This document shows positions 37,936 to 51,038 of a stretch of 64,000 nucleotides of DNA, piece after piece. The notes under the pieces are model-generated. The model saw nothing but the letters and a program-made list of their open reading frames with translations. It was not told where the DNA came from and searched no databases. The DNA lies in contig NW_027362772.1 of the NCBI RefSeq assembly GCF_046119375.1, positions 267,716,001 through 267,780,000 on the forward strand. Reading direction: 5' to 3'. Position 1 is the first letter of the stretch. Each line of letters opens with the position of its first letter. The translations under genes were made by a program, and so were the position numbers. Source of the DNA: Phyllobates terribilis (lineage: Eukaryota).

Positions 37936-38760
37936 TTAATAATCACCTAGGCAGGTTATCGATGCAATTAGTTTTATTCCTTCCGACCACGGTGAACAGC
38001 AATTCCAGGTAAATGTCCGACAGGCAATTCTTTTAGTCCTCGAGTTTCCAACCTTGGGATCAGTAGTTACACTGGCTTTATATCAGGCCATACTCACTGT
38101 CTCCCAACTTGTGGTTAGCCCACAGATTTCGTATCTCCAGCCAGTAAAGTCTGTAGCCACAGTCCATGATCCTCTAGACAGCAGATAAAACGATGAAAGC
38201 ACAGGTATCCAGTAGCAGCAGTCCTTTTAAGAAAGTGTAAATCCAAACGACATAATCCATAATGGTAACATGTTTATCCATTCATCCTTCCAAGTCCACG
38301 GTCTCCATCCTCTTCGTTCAATCCTTCCACACAACTCTCTAAAACATGTCTCCACTTTGTTCCACTGGGATCAGTCCTTTCCCAGGTCAGAAATGATCAC
38401 ACCCTCCCCCTTAAACATTCACTGTTCGCTAAAACAATTAAGAATATTCTAGAAGCCTTCATCTGAGACTGCCTTTAAGACCCCCTGTGGTGACGGCTCC
38501 ACTGTGTCTCAATCGACACTCACCTAATGAGATTATTGGCTGTTGAAACATTGGACTCCTGAGATAAAGATGAGATTAGTGGAATGCTGGACATTTTACA
38601 AGTGAATCTTACATACTGACAAGTAAGCAGAACTATATAAAAGATAACAAGTAAATCACTAATAAAACACAATAATAATATTGACAAAAATGGTGGTCTG
38701 TTGCTGGAAAAGTATCATAGTCTTTAGTAAGTGGGCAGCTCCTCACATACCTCCCCCACT

Positions 38761-39103
38761 TTTTCAGCACGGACACGAATGTAAGAGGTCTCGCCTTTAT
38801 GAGAATGAAACTTTGTATCATCCAGTTTCCTCAAAGCATATTCCATGTCGTCCTTGTGAATATACTCCACAGTCCCCATTCCACCCTGGTATACGTCAGT
38901 GTAATTGACATCTCTAGCTTCTCTCATATGGTCTTTCAGATCCTGCCAACTTCAGAAGCCCTAAGACAAGGATTCTGTATTTAGTTCGCTGGATCAGGGG
39001 TCTGTCCTTTGCGCGGGGTCCTCCATATCCCCCCCTGATCCCCAGTTTGTCCTGGGAAACTCCACACATGCCCATGAGAACCAAACTTGTATCCATTGCG
39101 ACC
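38761..39103 (-). pseudogene. SRSF9: Captured processed fragment of SR splicing factor mRNA (end of RRM1, linker, RRM2), SRSF9-like
   Basis: [85 protein letters not shown], with frameshifts. [12 protein letters not shown] and GETSYIRV favour SRSF9 over SRSF1. Confidence 0.88.
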
Positions 39104-40798
39104 AACCCCAGAGTGCTGACACCCAGTTAGGGGGATGGTCACTTGGCGGCCTGGTAAAGGGAGCTCTGGGTGAACAGTATCTGGGCTAACCAGGGTAAGG
39201 GTAGATCCAGTGTCCCAAAGTCCCTGGGCCTCCTCCCTGATGTAGTTTACCTCCCCTAGATTACATTCCTTCATTGTGATAGTCATTGCATTTTGTGCAT
39301 CACTCACAGCTGACATGTTGATATTGCTCCTTTCCCTATTGGCTGATGCAGTGTGAACCGGTCCTTGGCTTCCAGTTACGAGATTGGCCCAGTGGCACAC
39401 CAGTCCTGCTCCCAGATTGTTTCCCAGCAACACCTCTACTGGTAGGTGCCGCACTACTCCTACATCCACCATTCCATGACTGTGACCCCAGTCTAAATGT
39501 AGTCGGGCCCCCCGAATGTTCAAAAATTCTCCTCCGGCTACATTGACAGCTGCTGGGGACAATACATTGGTCTGGTACTAAATGGTCTTTTATCAATGTG
39601 ACTGAGGCTCCGGAGTCATGGATCCCCACAGCCTGCACACCCTCTACCCAGACAGGCTGCAGATGCTGGTTAATAGACTCTGAGGTGTCCCATCTAGTCC
39701 GGGACACTTCTCCTTGTACAACATATGCCTCTTCTTCTTCCGGTCGGGGTAGTGGGATCCTCTTTCCCTCAGCATTCCAGCCCCATTGCAGCACAGTGTT
39801 CACAGGTCGGGGACGCGGATGATGTGGACTAGAACGTTCCCGGCATTCTCTGGCAAAGTGTCCCATGCGTCCACAGTTATGTCAGTTAAGCCTTCCTCGC
39901 TCCAACATGGGCCATACTTGGGGGCTTGGGAAATCTCCCCCTCTTTGTGAAGTCCGAACTACCTGCCGTTCCTCCTCTGGCCAGTCCATTGGTTTCAATG
40001 GCCTCCCTGTAAGCTCCTGTTTCCAACTCACTGGGCCTGTACTTTCACGTTGCCCTGGTCGATTAGCAGACCAATCATCAGCCAATCTTGCAGCCTCATC
40101 CAGGCTGCTTTGTTTTCTATCTGCCACCCATTCTCTTAAATCACCTGGGAGTTTGGACATGAATTGTTCCAGCACAATTATATCTATTACATGTTCTGCT
40201 TCCTGAGCCCTCAGTCCTTCTATTCGCCGAGTGCATGCCATATGTAGTGTGTTGGCAAACTCCCGATGTGTGTGTGCGGCGGGCTTGTCAGTCTCCCGAA
40301 ACTTCCTCCGGTAGGTTTCCGGCATGACAGCATACCTCTCTAGTAATGTGCTGTGAATGGAAGAGTATCATCACTGATCCCGACAAGACAAGTTATTAAA
40401 AGCTTCTCTTGCTTTTCCGGTCAGGCCAACGCTCAAAAATCTGGTCCAGTCACTGACTGACACCTCATGCAGCAGACAGAGGTTCTCAAATAACCGGAGA
40501 TGTTCATCAATATCCGAGGTGTCCTCATTGAACTGTGGTATATCCCGGTACCTTAAAGATGCGGGCCCCTCTCTCCTGTTATCCACTGTCCTCTGCAATG
40601 AGGTGGGTTGGGGTACTGCTACATGCACACCCAGATATTTGCTTAGCACTGCCGCCTGCTCTATCTCTATCTGGTCCCAATCGTCCAAGCGTTGCATTAA
40701 GGTCACCCAATTGCCCTCGAGCAACCACTGTAGTTCTCTCTCATAGTAAGGGCTCTCAGCTCCTCCTTCTTGAGCCTCTTGTAGATGGAGTCTGCCAT
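39104..40798 (-). pseudogene. gag: Gypsy gag-pro: CA/SCAN-like domain, broken zinc knuckle, two aspartic-protease motifs
   Basis: ATG at 40798; IPQFNEDTSDIDEHLRLFE..LTGKAREAF; ETYRRKF..LEQFMSKLPGDLREWV..SLDEAARLAD; *HNCGRMGHFAREC; HDSGAS (39609-39617) with LLGNN; WDTGST (39206-39214). Confidence 0.85.
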
Positions 40799-41720
40799 CT
40801 CTTCTGCCAAGTCACCTCTCAGTAACTTTCCCTGGTATGCTGTCCAGAGATAGGTGATCCCACCGCTGCCATCACTTGTAAAGATGTGCGGTTGTGGATT
40901 TTAATAATAACCTAGGCAGGTTATCGATGCAATTAGTTTTATTCCTTCCAACCACGGTGAACAGCAATTCCAGGTAAATGTCCAACAGGCAATTCTCTAA
41001 GTCCTCGAGTTTCCAACCTTGGATCAGTAGTTACACTGGCTTTGTATAAGGCCATACTCACTGTCTCCCAACATTTGGTTAACCCACAGATTTCATATCT
41101 CCAGCCCGTATAGTCTGTAGCCACAGTCCATGATCCTCTAGACGGCAGATAAAACGATGAAAGCACAAATATCCAGTGGCAGCAGTCCTTTTAAGAAAGT
41201 GTAAATCCAAACGACATAATCCATAATGGTAACATGTTTATCCATTCATTCTTCCAAGTTCACGGTCTCCATCCTCTTCCTTCAATCCTTCCACACAACT
41301 CTCTAAAACATGTATCCACTTTGCTCCACTGGGATCAGTCCCCTCCCAGGTCAGAAGTGTTCACACCCTCCCCATTAAACATTCACTGTTCGCTAAAACA
41401 ATTAAGAATATTCTAGAAGTCTTCATCTGAGACTGCCTCTAAGACCCCCTGTGGTGACGGCTCCACTGTGTCTCAATCGACACTCACCTAATGAGATTAT
41501 CGGCTGTTGAAACATTGGACTCCTGAGATAAAGATGAGATTAGTGGAATGCTGGACATTTTACAAGTGAATCTTACATACTGACAAGTAAGCAGAACTAT
41601 ATAAAAGATAACAAGTAAATCACTAATAAAACACAATAATAATATTGACAAAAATGGTCGTCCGTTGCTGGAAAAGTATCATAGTCTTTAGTAAGTGGGC
41701 AGCTCCTCACATATATATAT

Positions 41721-42184
41721 TGTAGGCTTACAGCCGGACAGGATACTGAGGGGGATATGTGTCTTAGAGGAGCTTAGCCTCTGTGATATAAAGACCCAAA
41801 ATGCCGGCATTAGCACAAGTAGTGCAGAGAGAGTTAATAGGGCATAGCATGGGTTAGGCTTTTAGGGGCAGTCAGAAAGAGATGGGTGGGACTGGCAGTT
41901 CCCATATTTCCACTCTTGGGTGTGGTACGGCTCAAATAAAGTAGCCAGGCTGTCTCATCGGAGTGTGTGTGTGTGTGCAAAGTTGTGTTGTTCAGTCTCT
42001 GCTAGAGGTTGAGTGAAGGACTGACATCTGAACAAGTAAGCCCATGCTATATGCTGTTTTGGTTCTGTTATATCTTTTCCATCCAGAAGAGGCTGTTTTA
42101 TTTTGATAACCTGGACGGTTTATGGAGATTTAATAAACCACACACTGAATCCTCGTGTGTGCACCAGAGAGCTGATCTCTAACA
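41721..42184 (+). mobile_element. Solo LTR (464 bp) inserted in an (AT)n tract
   Basis: TGTAGG...CTAACA termini, ATAT on both sides, AATAAA ~50 bp from the right end. Confidence 0.7.
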
Positions 42185-42374
42185 ATATATGTATATACTA
42201 TACATTTATATTCTCATTGATGTCACTAGTCCAATTTAAACCAGTATGACCATATATTGTCTTGTTCTGTAGTATAGTATATATAAAGTAATCTTGTATC
42301 CTATTACATTTTGTTTTTACATTTGGTTTTCCAATCTTTACAAATATGTAGCACATTTGTTACATGCATTAGGA

Positions 42375-42560
42375 CAGGGTTCCCCAACTCCAGTCCTCAA
42401 GGCCCACTAACAGGTCATGTTTTCAGGATTTCCTTAGTATTGCACAGGTGATGGAATTATTGCCTGTGTAGGTGATGGAATTATCACCTGTGCAATAGTA
42501 AGGAAATCCTGAAAACGTGACCTGTTGGTGGGCCTTGAGGACTGGAGTTGAGGAACCCTG
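42375..42560. mobile_element. Palindromic hAT-type MITE (186 bp)
   Basis: CAGGGTTCCCCAACTCCAGTCCTCAAGGCCC / GGGCCTTGAGGACTGGAGTTGAGGAACCCTG; near whole-length palindrome; flanks CATTAGGA / CAACAGGA (6/8 match). Confidence 0.85.
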
Positions 42561-43826
42561 CAACAGGATGTAGCATTCCCTAATGTACTGTCTGAAGCCA
42601 AGATGACCCTGACACCTGGTCTCCCATTCTTTTATGTGACCATGCTGCTGGAATTTATCTCCTGCCATTGTGACCTCCTACACTCTGTACACATAGTCAT
42701 CACTTCCTTTTCCTACTACAGTATAGAACTTGACATCGCCACTCCTCTCTAGTTCTCTCCCTTTTTCTTTTTTTCTCAAGAGGGATCCCGTTTTACGTGC
42801 TGGGCAGCAGATAGTTTTGTCCAGTGAATAGGAAAACAGCAGAGCAATATGTCAGCAACAAATGTGTGCTGCATAGCTGCAATTAGAGGCACTGTCTGTG
42901 AGAGGGCAGAATTATGTGAACTGTATCACTGATATAGTAGATCACGTCGTATATCTTCATAACTATGGCATCATTTGTAATACAGAAATTCTTTGCTTTT
43001 GTGTATGTTTCCAATAACTAGAGTAGCTGAAAACATTGTGTTAATGCCTCATCTCCTAAGGATAATTTGCTCACCGAATATCTTATATAGAAAGCTATGA
43101 TTAGTCTTCCAATCTTTGTGCATCATGCAGTGCTGTTTCTGGCATAATTGCTTTACTTTCACTGGAAGATTCAATAGATTATCTCTATTTTTTTGCCAGT
43201 TCTCCTTCAAATCATAAATATAGTACACAGCTATTTCAGACCATTACATTGCTAGTAATTAGTGATGGATGCACTAACATGCAAGTCTAATAGGATCCTC
43301 TAGGGTGGGCACAAAATCCAATATGGCTTCATCAGATTTTATACACAATAGTTTATTGACAGATTTTGCAAAAAAAAGGTATTTGAATAATACTATAAGG
43401 TGTATTCTGTATTGTAAGGAATATTTTCTTCCTAACACACACCTTAGATGCTGTCGAATATTTTTTTTAGACGGAAACGGGAACAGGATTTTTTTGGTCG
43501 CCTAAAAAAGATTGGTAACAATTAATTTTATGTTTTGCATAAGCTGAAGCACCTCACATGGTACACAGATATATGAATCGTTTTAAATGGTGAGTTCAGG
43601 AGAAGACAAACCATTAGTGCAAACTGTGCAGTCACATAGGGGCTTAAGAAGCATGGGAGCCCATTTACATGCCAGAAGGTACAAGCAGCTTCTGTTGAAG
43701 GCACATAAAGGGGTCAAGGGTGGACACAGACAGAAGAGGGTCCCTGTACCAAAACAATATATGGGCCCATTGCAGTCCAACAGCTCATGACAGTTTCATA
43801 GCTTTTAAGGTTGAAGGTAGACTTAG

Positions 43827-44192
43827 AGGGGTATTCCCATCTCCAAGATCCCATCCCAATATGTAGTAGGTTTAATAACAGTAATATTAGCAAATATCTC
43901 CAATTAGAAATGTAGTATAGTATTTTTGATTCACTATCTCTTTCCTCATGTGCAGGCATTGCAGGACCTTAGGTATCCATGATTACGTCCACTGATAAAG
44001 TCACAGTTAGTTAGCTAGTTGCTAGAGGTCGTAGCCATGGATACCTAAGGTCCTGCGATGCCTGCACATGAGGAAAGAGACATAGGGAATCAAAAATGTT
44101 ATGCTACATTTCTAATTGGAAATATTTGCTAATATAACTATTATTACACCTACTACATATTGGGATAGGATCTCGGAGATGGGAATACCCCT
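43827..44192. mobile_element. T2/Kolobok-type MITE (AGGGG...CCCCT, TTAA target)
   Basis: AGGGGTATTCCCATCTCC / GGAGATGGGAATACCCCT ends, long inverted arms, flanks TTAG and TTAA. Confidence 0.8.
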
Positions 44193-45553
44193 TTAAGTCC
44201 ATCGAGTTCAACCTAAAGTCTAACATGTTGATCCAGAAAAAGGAAAAACCCAATAGGGCAAAATAATGCACAATTCCACCTGCTTTGGAGGTGAAAATGG
44301 GCCTCTTACCTCTTGGGCCTCTGAGAGGATGCACAGGTCGCACCAATGATATGCCACCTTTGAGACTAATGCATTGTGAACTATTGAACTGTTTTTGCAA
44401 AGTAGCACTCTTCTGTCTACAGGTGCATCTCACTAAATTAGAATATCATCAGAAAGTTAATTTATTTCTGCTCTTCAATACAAAAAGTGAAACTCCTATA
44501 TTCTATAGAGTCATTACAAACAGAGTGATTTATTTCAAGTGTTTATTTCTGTTAATGTTTATGATTATGGCTTACAGCCAATGAAAACACAAAAGTCATT
44601 ATCTTAGTAAATTAAAATACTTTATAGCAACAACTTGAAAAATGTATCACTGGAAAATTTAAATTGTTGTTGATTGTTTTATTATAATGGCTAAAGGTGG
44701 CTTTGGATTGTCCAGTCAAGTTATGTACAATTCCTATATATGATATTAGCACACAAATTAGTTAGCAATTCCCAAAAAATTAAATATTGTCTTAAATTAG
44801 GGATAAGAAAAGTCAAACATGGACTGTACAACTGTAATGCTGCCCATTTCAGCTATGGAAGGGAGGCATCTGAAGGGACGTTACAGCTGTGATCACCACC
44901 AAAAACAGCTGTCTCCATTGTCTGCAGCAAGATCCAAGTAAGAGAAGTGATAATTGTCAAATTAAGTTACATTTTTCTCTATATTTCAAATCAGAATTTG
45001 TGGCATGGAAAGCAAAAACAATTGCAGTTAGTTAGAAGCTGCACTGTTAAGTATGAGAGAATTTTCTCTGCCTAAAAACCTCAACAGTAAATAGTAAAGA
45101 TGAGCAAATCTGCTGAAATTAAGATTTGCTCAAATTCTGATGGAACACTGAGACTCCAGAAAGGGAAAGATCGGGAGGAGAGAACAGAAAGCGCTATCTA
45201 AGTGTAGTGAGAGTGCATTAACATCAAAAAGAATGAAAGTATTGCACTCACCTGCAGTGGTTGTGCTAATAGGCACAACACTAGATGCCACTTTAGTAAC
45301 ACATGGATTCCTTCATCAGCATGTCGCCATTCCAGTAGACCGTGGAGGAAATTTTTCCTTTCCAAAGAAATTCTGGAGGGCGCTTCAATTTCACAGAAGG
45401 AAATTCCAAGATGAATTAACAAGATGTCGTCATAAATTATGATAATAAAGTTTTATTAAAAATAGTTTTATAAACTTGTTGGTAAACTTGTTGGAGGGGT
45501 GTTCTGGGAATACCACAGCTACCAACCATAAAATGTAGTTAAAGGAAATTAAC

Positions 45554-45587
45554 ACAATGCGCTTTGGCTAATATAGCCTTCATCAGG
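45554..45587 (-). other. Degenerate hammerhead-ribozyme core (Penelope-type)
   Basis: CCTGATGA-A-GGCTA-TAT-TAGCC-AAAGCGC: intact CUGAUGA and stem II, altered GAAA. AATAAAGTTTTATT lies nearby (~45445). Confidence 0.45.
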
Positions 45588-47566
45588 TGTCTGAGGATAT
45601 ACCCCCTAAAAGTTATTTATATTTTTCCCTATCCACATGGGCGGAGTCTCCCAAAGTGAAAGACCAATCACCCTAAACCCTCCACATGTGTTTATGATTG
45701 ATGGGAAATTTGATTTACATTGATGTGACACGAATGTGCTCAGAGTTCTTTTGATTCCAAAACACAATAAATGGATGAGCGGGGAAGGAGTTAAAAAACA
45801 ATAAAATGTTATAGTCACATCTAAGATGTCCTTGCTACCACAGCTCCTCACCGGTCCTCTGCTCAAACCCTAAGGCATCAGCTCCAGCCTTGTATTTCCC
45901 CTCCCTCTTCATTGGCACTTCTAGCACCAGCTAAGCCTCAATACATATTATCAAGTGATGCATATTATGACACCATATTGAGAGTTAAGGCTTTGTCGGT
46001 ACCGGAAGAATCATCAATGAATGAAAAAGACTCTAACCGGTGCTTAGTAAGCAAGTGAGACATCGGGGAAGAGTTGCAATTGTAGGGACAGGTGAGGGAA
46101 CTAGATGAGTATGAAATTGTATTGTTTTTTATCTCCTTCCAAACGCACATAATCGAATCCCCAATTTTTGGGGCATTCGAATGATGTGCGTTTGGAAGGA
46201 GATAAAAAAAATGTACTAGAAATTTGGGAAATTTAATTTGTTTAGAATTGTTTCACTCGTCCATTCCTTAATCAATAGTATTCTTCTTTACAAGTATTAT
46301 TTCAATGTATGTACAAATATACCTCTCAATGCTGAAAAAAAGATGATTTTTTCCCCATAAAATTAGTCAAAAACAAAAGTGTAAAACAAATACAATAAAC
46401 ACATAAAAAAAAATAATTTTGAAAATAAACTATACAAACCAATGCATGTGTAATGTATATATACTGTATGTGTGTCATTGGCCAGTGGAAATCTCACCGA
46501 TCTAACAATTATTACTTATAGGTAGATAGGGAATAATTTTGAAGACTGTAACACCCTTTTAATTGGTTTGCAAAGTAAAATCTACAAAAAAGACCAATTT
46601 ATTACAAAAAAGACCAATTTATTACAAAAAAGACATGAATAAATTATACATAAAAATTTGGCTTTGGGAATTTCTGATAAATAACCTTTGTTCGGTGTAT
46701 GTTTGATTGTTACCATACGAAATTGGATTTCTATCTGATGGACTTGTGTGCATAACTGTAGCAAGATTGTTACATGACAAAGTGACCTCGGAAAAAGTAC
46801 ATCATAATCAGCTCTTTGATAACAACTTGCTCCGCCGTTTTAATGGATTTTTTCTGAAATGATTCCCCCCTGAGAACGGGCTGACATCATAAATAAGACT
46901 TTGTTAGCATCCCGCTGCTCATGAAAAGCTTTTTCAGAATAGTCTCACATGTATTAAGGAGTTCAAAACAGATTAAATACCAAAGTTTGATTTCTTTAGT
47001 GGTTGCAGCGTAGGTCTATCTGAGAACTAATGTTCTGTGGGATTCATGCATATTCAAGCAACGTTCAGATCAGTCCTCAGCTGCATCTGCATCAAATATG
47101 GAGATGTAAAATGTTTAGTTGACTCTGAGTACTTTACCTACCTTATGTCTTCCTATTTCGAAAAACTAACACAGTTCAAAAGACTTTATTCCCACAAGCA
47201 TGGCACGATATTTCACATCTTAAATGTTATATGTATATGGTAGGAGAACATCTCAAAATTCCAGTAGATATAAACTTTAGTTAATCTGTAAAGTCAGCTG
47301 TTAAAATACCACATTATTACATACAAAATACATATTTAGGATGAAACGCAATTTCAAAAATAAAGAAAGATGGCCCACTGTGCCTAAATGGAGGTTGATC
47401 ACTTTTCCAATATTGCAGGAAGCATATCAAAAATACTTCTTGAATCTTTAGAAATTCGAAATTGCCGACTTTGACCAATTTATTCTAGAAATTCAATTTG
47501 CGACAAATAAATGTTGCCGGATCTCAATACTGGATGGCTTATAATTGCTTGGAAAATACAAGGAAG

Positions 47567-47830
47567 AGGAGAAATCCCAACTGACCATAAAAGCATACAC
47601 TCTACATGCAAGGGAGACCCTGCTGACCATAAGGGCTTACACTTAACAGTAGAGAACACCCCGTTGACCATAAGAGCTTATGATCTAAAGGAAAGAGAAA
47701 GGACACTACTGAATATAAGAGCTTACTCTTTACAGGAGAGAGAAAGGACACTGCTGAATATAAGAGCTTACTCTCTACAGGAGAGAGGACCTCGGTGACC
47801 TTAAGAACTTACACTCTACAGGAGAGAGAG
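47567..47830 (+). repeat. Degenerate ~40-45-bp minisatellite (~6 units)
   Basis: GAGAGAAAGGACACT(A/G)CTGAATATAAGAGCTTACTCT(T/C)TACAG and diverged copies. Confidence 0.75.
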
Positions 47831-49450
47831 AGACTTCCGCAGTGAACCTGTAGATTGAAAAGAACTCTGATGTTCAAACTGAGCTTCACTGAAAACCACT
47901 GATCTGTGATGACCTCCGGACTGACCATCACTGTACAAGGTGTCATAATCCGGTAGATGTCACAGCTGCTGGGACATTATAGGGAAGCCCGCAACGCAGA
48001 AAGACATTAGCCTACTCTCCAATGCTTCAGCAGTGTGCGAAACGGTGCCTGACAAATTTTTTTATGTGAACCACAAAACAAAATTTCAAAATGTTCAAAT
48101 TCACTTGAGACTACAAATTTCAGTAAATTCAACTCAAACTTGATCCATCTGCTCATCTCTAGTAGCTTGTCATCCCATGAAATTAAATCTAATGTTAGAG
48201 AAGTGAATCAGTTTAAGTAAAATCAAATTAACGCAAATATTACAAAAAAAAACATTCTAATTTGCCCTTATTCACAGCCTTGTTCTGCTCTGGTGTTTTT
48301 CTTCTTCAGTCTGGTGCAATCTCTTCTACTGTCTGGTGTGGTGTCTTAGGCTCTTGAAATTTTCTATGCTTGCTAGCCTATCATAATCATTATATCCCAT
48401 AAGGTCTGATATGTTGTGGGGTCAAGATAATGCGGGGCCTTGTCATTAGCTGAAGGAAGACAACTCATTGGACTTGGAGGAGGAATACGTGGCGAAACAA
48501 ATGAAGGTTAGGTGAAAATATCTTTTTTATTTTGTTTTGTTTGTTTATTCTGCTCTTAGATCTGGAGAATACTCAAAGCACAATAAAGTAGTAATAAACT
48601 CAATGTAAATCAAAAGTCTAGGCCTAAGTCAAGCAAATCTTCCAAATTCTAATATCTGCGCATTCGCTCATCCTTACCTAATAAGTAGAGATGAGCGTTG
48701 TTCTACTCGAACTGTTCGCCAATCTCAAATTCGAGCTGTTTTGGGCGGTGTTCGAGCCGTTCGGCGAACACGAACAATTTGAGAAAAATTCGGCTGTTCG
48801 AGGTTATGTTCGATAACTGTTCGTGCACCAAAATCATAACTGGATTTTTTCTCAGTAATGATGAAAATTAATGTTAATACGCAGTTTGAGTGTACAGCGG
48901 GGCATGTGTCATTGGCAGTGTATGTCACATGTCCTTGCCCTATAAGACCAAGCCATTTTCCCCGTCGCCACCATTTTCTCACTGCTGCAGCTGCGTGTTA
49001 GACGGCACCGCTGTTGCTGTGTGCGCTATACCTCGTTAATTTCAAGCCAATTTTCGCACAAAGCTACAGATAGCTTGGGAGTAGGAAATAGTTGTGATTG
49101 CAGTCCTTTTAAGGACTAGGTTACAGCATTTCCTACGACTTTTATCAGGCAGGTCTGTGCTCTTAAATAGATAGATTGTGGGAGTAAAGACTAATTGCAA
49201 TTGGAGTCCTTTTTAGGACTAGGTTACATCAGTTCCTATCAGTTTTTGCCAGGCAGGTCTGTGCCAGTGCTGTGCAAGTTTTTGTCACAGCATTTGGCTG
49301 AATCTAGCAAAGCTAATCCTTTTTGGCCTATTGCAGAGTGTGTTAGTCAGTGGAGTAGCCTATCTGTGTTGCAAGATATACCACCTGTGTATAGAATACC
49401 AATTTTTTTACTGCACCTAGTGAAGTAAAATCTTTTGGGCATAGCATCAT

Positions 49451-50922
49451 TCTATTAGTCCATCTATACTGACCTCCATCAGGTTGCAAATTGAAAATAA
49501 TTTTTTTTCTGCATCTAGCTCTGAAAAAATATTGGGCTTCTAGCTGTGTGTGGGACTTGTTCTATTAATCCATCTATACAGACCTCCATCAGGTTGCAAA
49601 CTGAATATATTTTCTTCTGCATCTACCTCTGAAAAAATATTGGGCTTCTAGCTGTGTGTGGGACTTGTTCTATTAATCCATCTATACAGACCTCCATCAG
49701 GTTGCAAACTGAATATATTTTTTTCTGCATCTACCTCTGAAAAAATATTGGGCTTCTAGCTGTGTGTGGGACTTGTTCTATTAATCCATCTATACAGACC
49801 TCCATCAGGTTGCAAACTGAATATATTTTTTTCTGCATCTACCTCTGAAAAAATATTGGGCTTCTAGCTGTGTGTGGGACTTGTTCTATTAATCCATCTA
49901 TACAGACCTCCATCAGGTTGCAAACTGAATATATTTTTTTCTGCATCTACCTCTGAAAAAATATTGGGCTTCTAGCTGTGTGTGGGACTTGTTGTATTAG
50001 TCCATCTATACTGACCTTCATCAGGTTGCAAACTGAATATATTTTTTTCTGCATCTACCTCTGAAAAAATATTGGGCTTCTAGCTGTGTGTGGGACTTGT
50101 TGCATTAGTCCATCTATACTGACCTCCATCAGGTTGCAAACTGAATACATTTTTTTCTGCGTCTACCTCTGAAAAAATATTGGGCTTCTAGCTGTGTGTG
50201 GGACTTGTTCTATTAATCCATCTATACAGACCTCCATCAGGTTGCAAACTGAATATATTTTTTTCTGCATCTACCTCTGAAAAAATATTGGGCTTCTAGC
50301 TGTGTGTGGGACTTGTTCTATTAATCCATCTATACAGACCTCCATCAGGTTGCAAACTGAATATATTTTTTTCTGCATCTACCTCTGAAAAAATATTGGG
50401 CTTCTAGCTGTGTGTGGGACTTGTTCTATTAATCCATCTATACAGACCTCCATCAGGTTGCAAACTGAATATATTTTTTTCTGCATCTACCTCTGAAAAA
50501 ATATTGGGCTTCTAGCTGTGTGTGGGACTTGTTCTATTAATCCATCTATACAGACCTCCATCAGGTTGCAAACTGAATATATTTTTTTCTGCATCTACCT
50601 CTGAAAAAATATTGGGCTTCTAGCAGTGTGTGGGACTTGTTGTATTAGTCCAACTATACTGACCTCCATCAGGTTGCAAACTGAATATATTTTTTTCTGC
50701 ATCTACCTCCGAAAAAATATTGGGCTTCTAGCTGTGTGTGGGACTTGTTGTATTAGTCCATCTATACTGACCTCCATCAGGTTGCAAACTGAATATATTT
50801 TTTTCTGCATCTACCTCTGAAAAAATATTGGGCTTCTAGCTGTGTGTGGGACTTGTTGTATTAGTCCATCTATACAGACCTCCATCAGGTTGCAAATTGA
50901 ATATAATTTTTTTCTGCATCTA
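49451..50922 (+). repeat. 108-bp tandem array inside A2 (~13.6 units)
   Basis: Period 108 (e.g. TCTATACAGA at 49681, 49789 and 50221). Confidence 0.93.
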
Positions 50923-51038
50923 ACCCAGCCAATAGTTTTGGCCTAATACCACAGTTTGGCCACTCAGCTCTGCTCGGTTCCCATCCATTGTTTTTTTGTG
51001 CAAACAACTCCAGAGTTGTGAATTAGTTAACCACCAAA

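Larger units (their letters stand above)
37936..41711 (-). mobile_element. Non-autonomous Gypsy (Gmr1-like, SCAN-gag) LTR retrotransposon lacking IN/RT/RH
   Basis: LTRs 40877-41711 (835 bp, TGTGAGG..TTTACA on minus) and 37936-38747. Leu-type PBS TGGCAGCGGTGGGAT (40857-40871); PPT GTGGGGGAGGTA (38748-38759). Confidence 0.9.

Noticed and set aside
45198-45422. Candidate minus-strand exon ending at CAG|GTGAGT (~45252)
   Set aside because: Good donor, but the upstream frames either stop or give an unrecognisable peptide.
45095-48161. A further large hAT bounded by TAAAGATGAGC (45095) and GCTCATCTCTA (48161)
   Set aside because: Flanking 8-mers do not match (GTAAATAG vs GTAGCTTG) and there is no internal transposase; more likely separate MITE relics.
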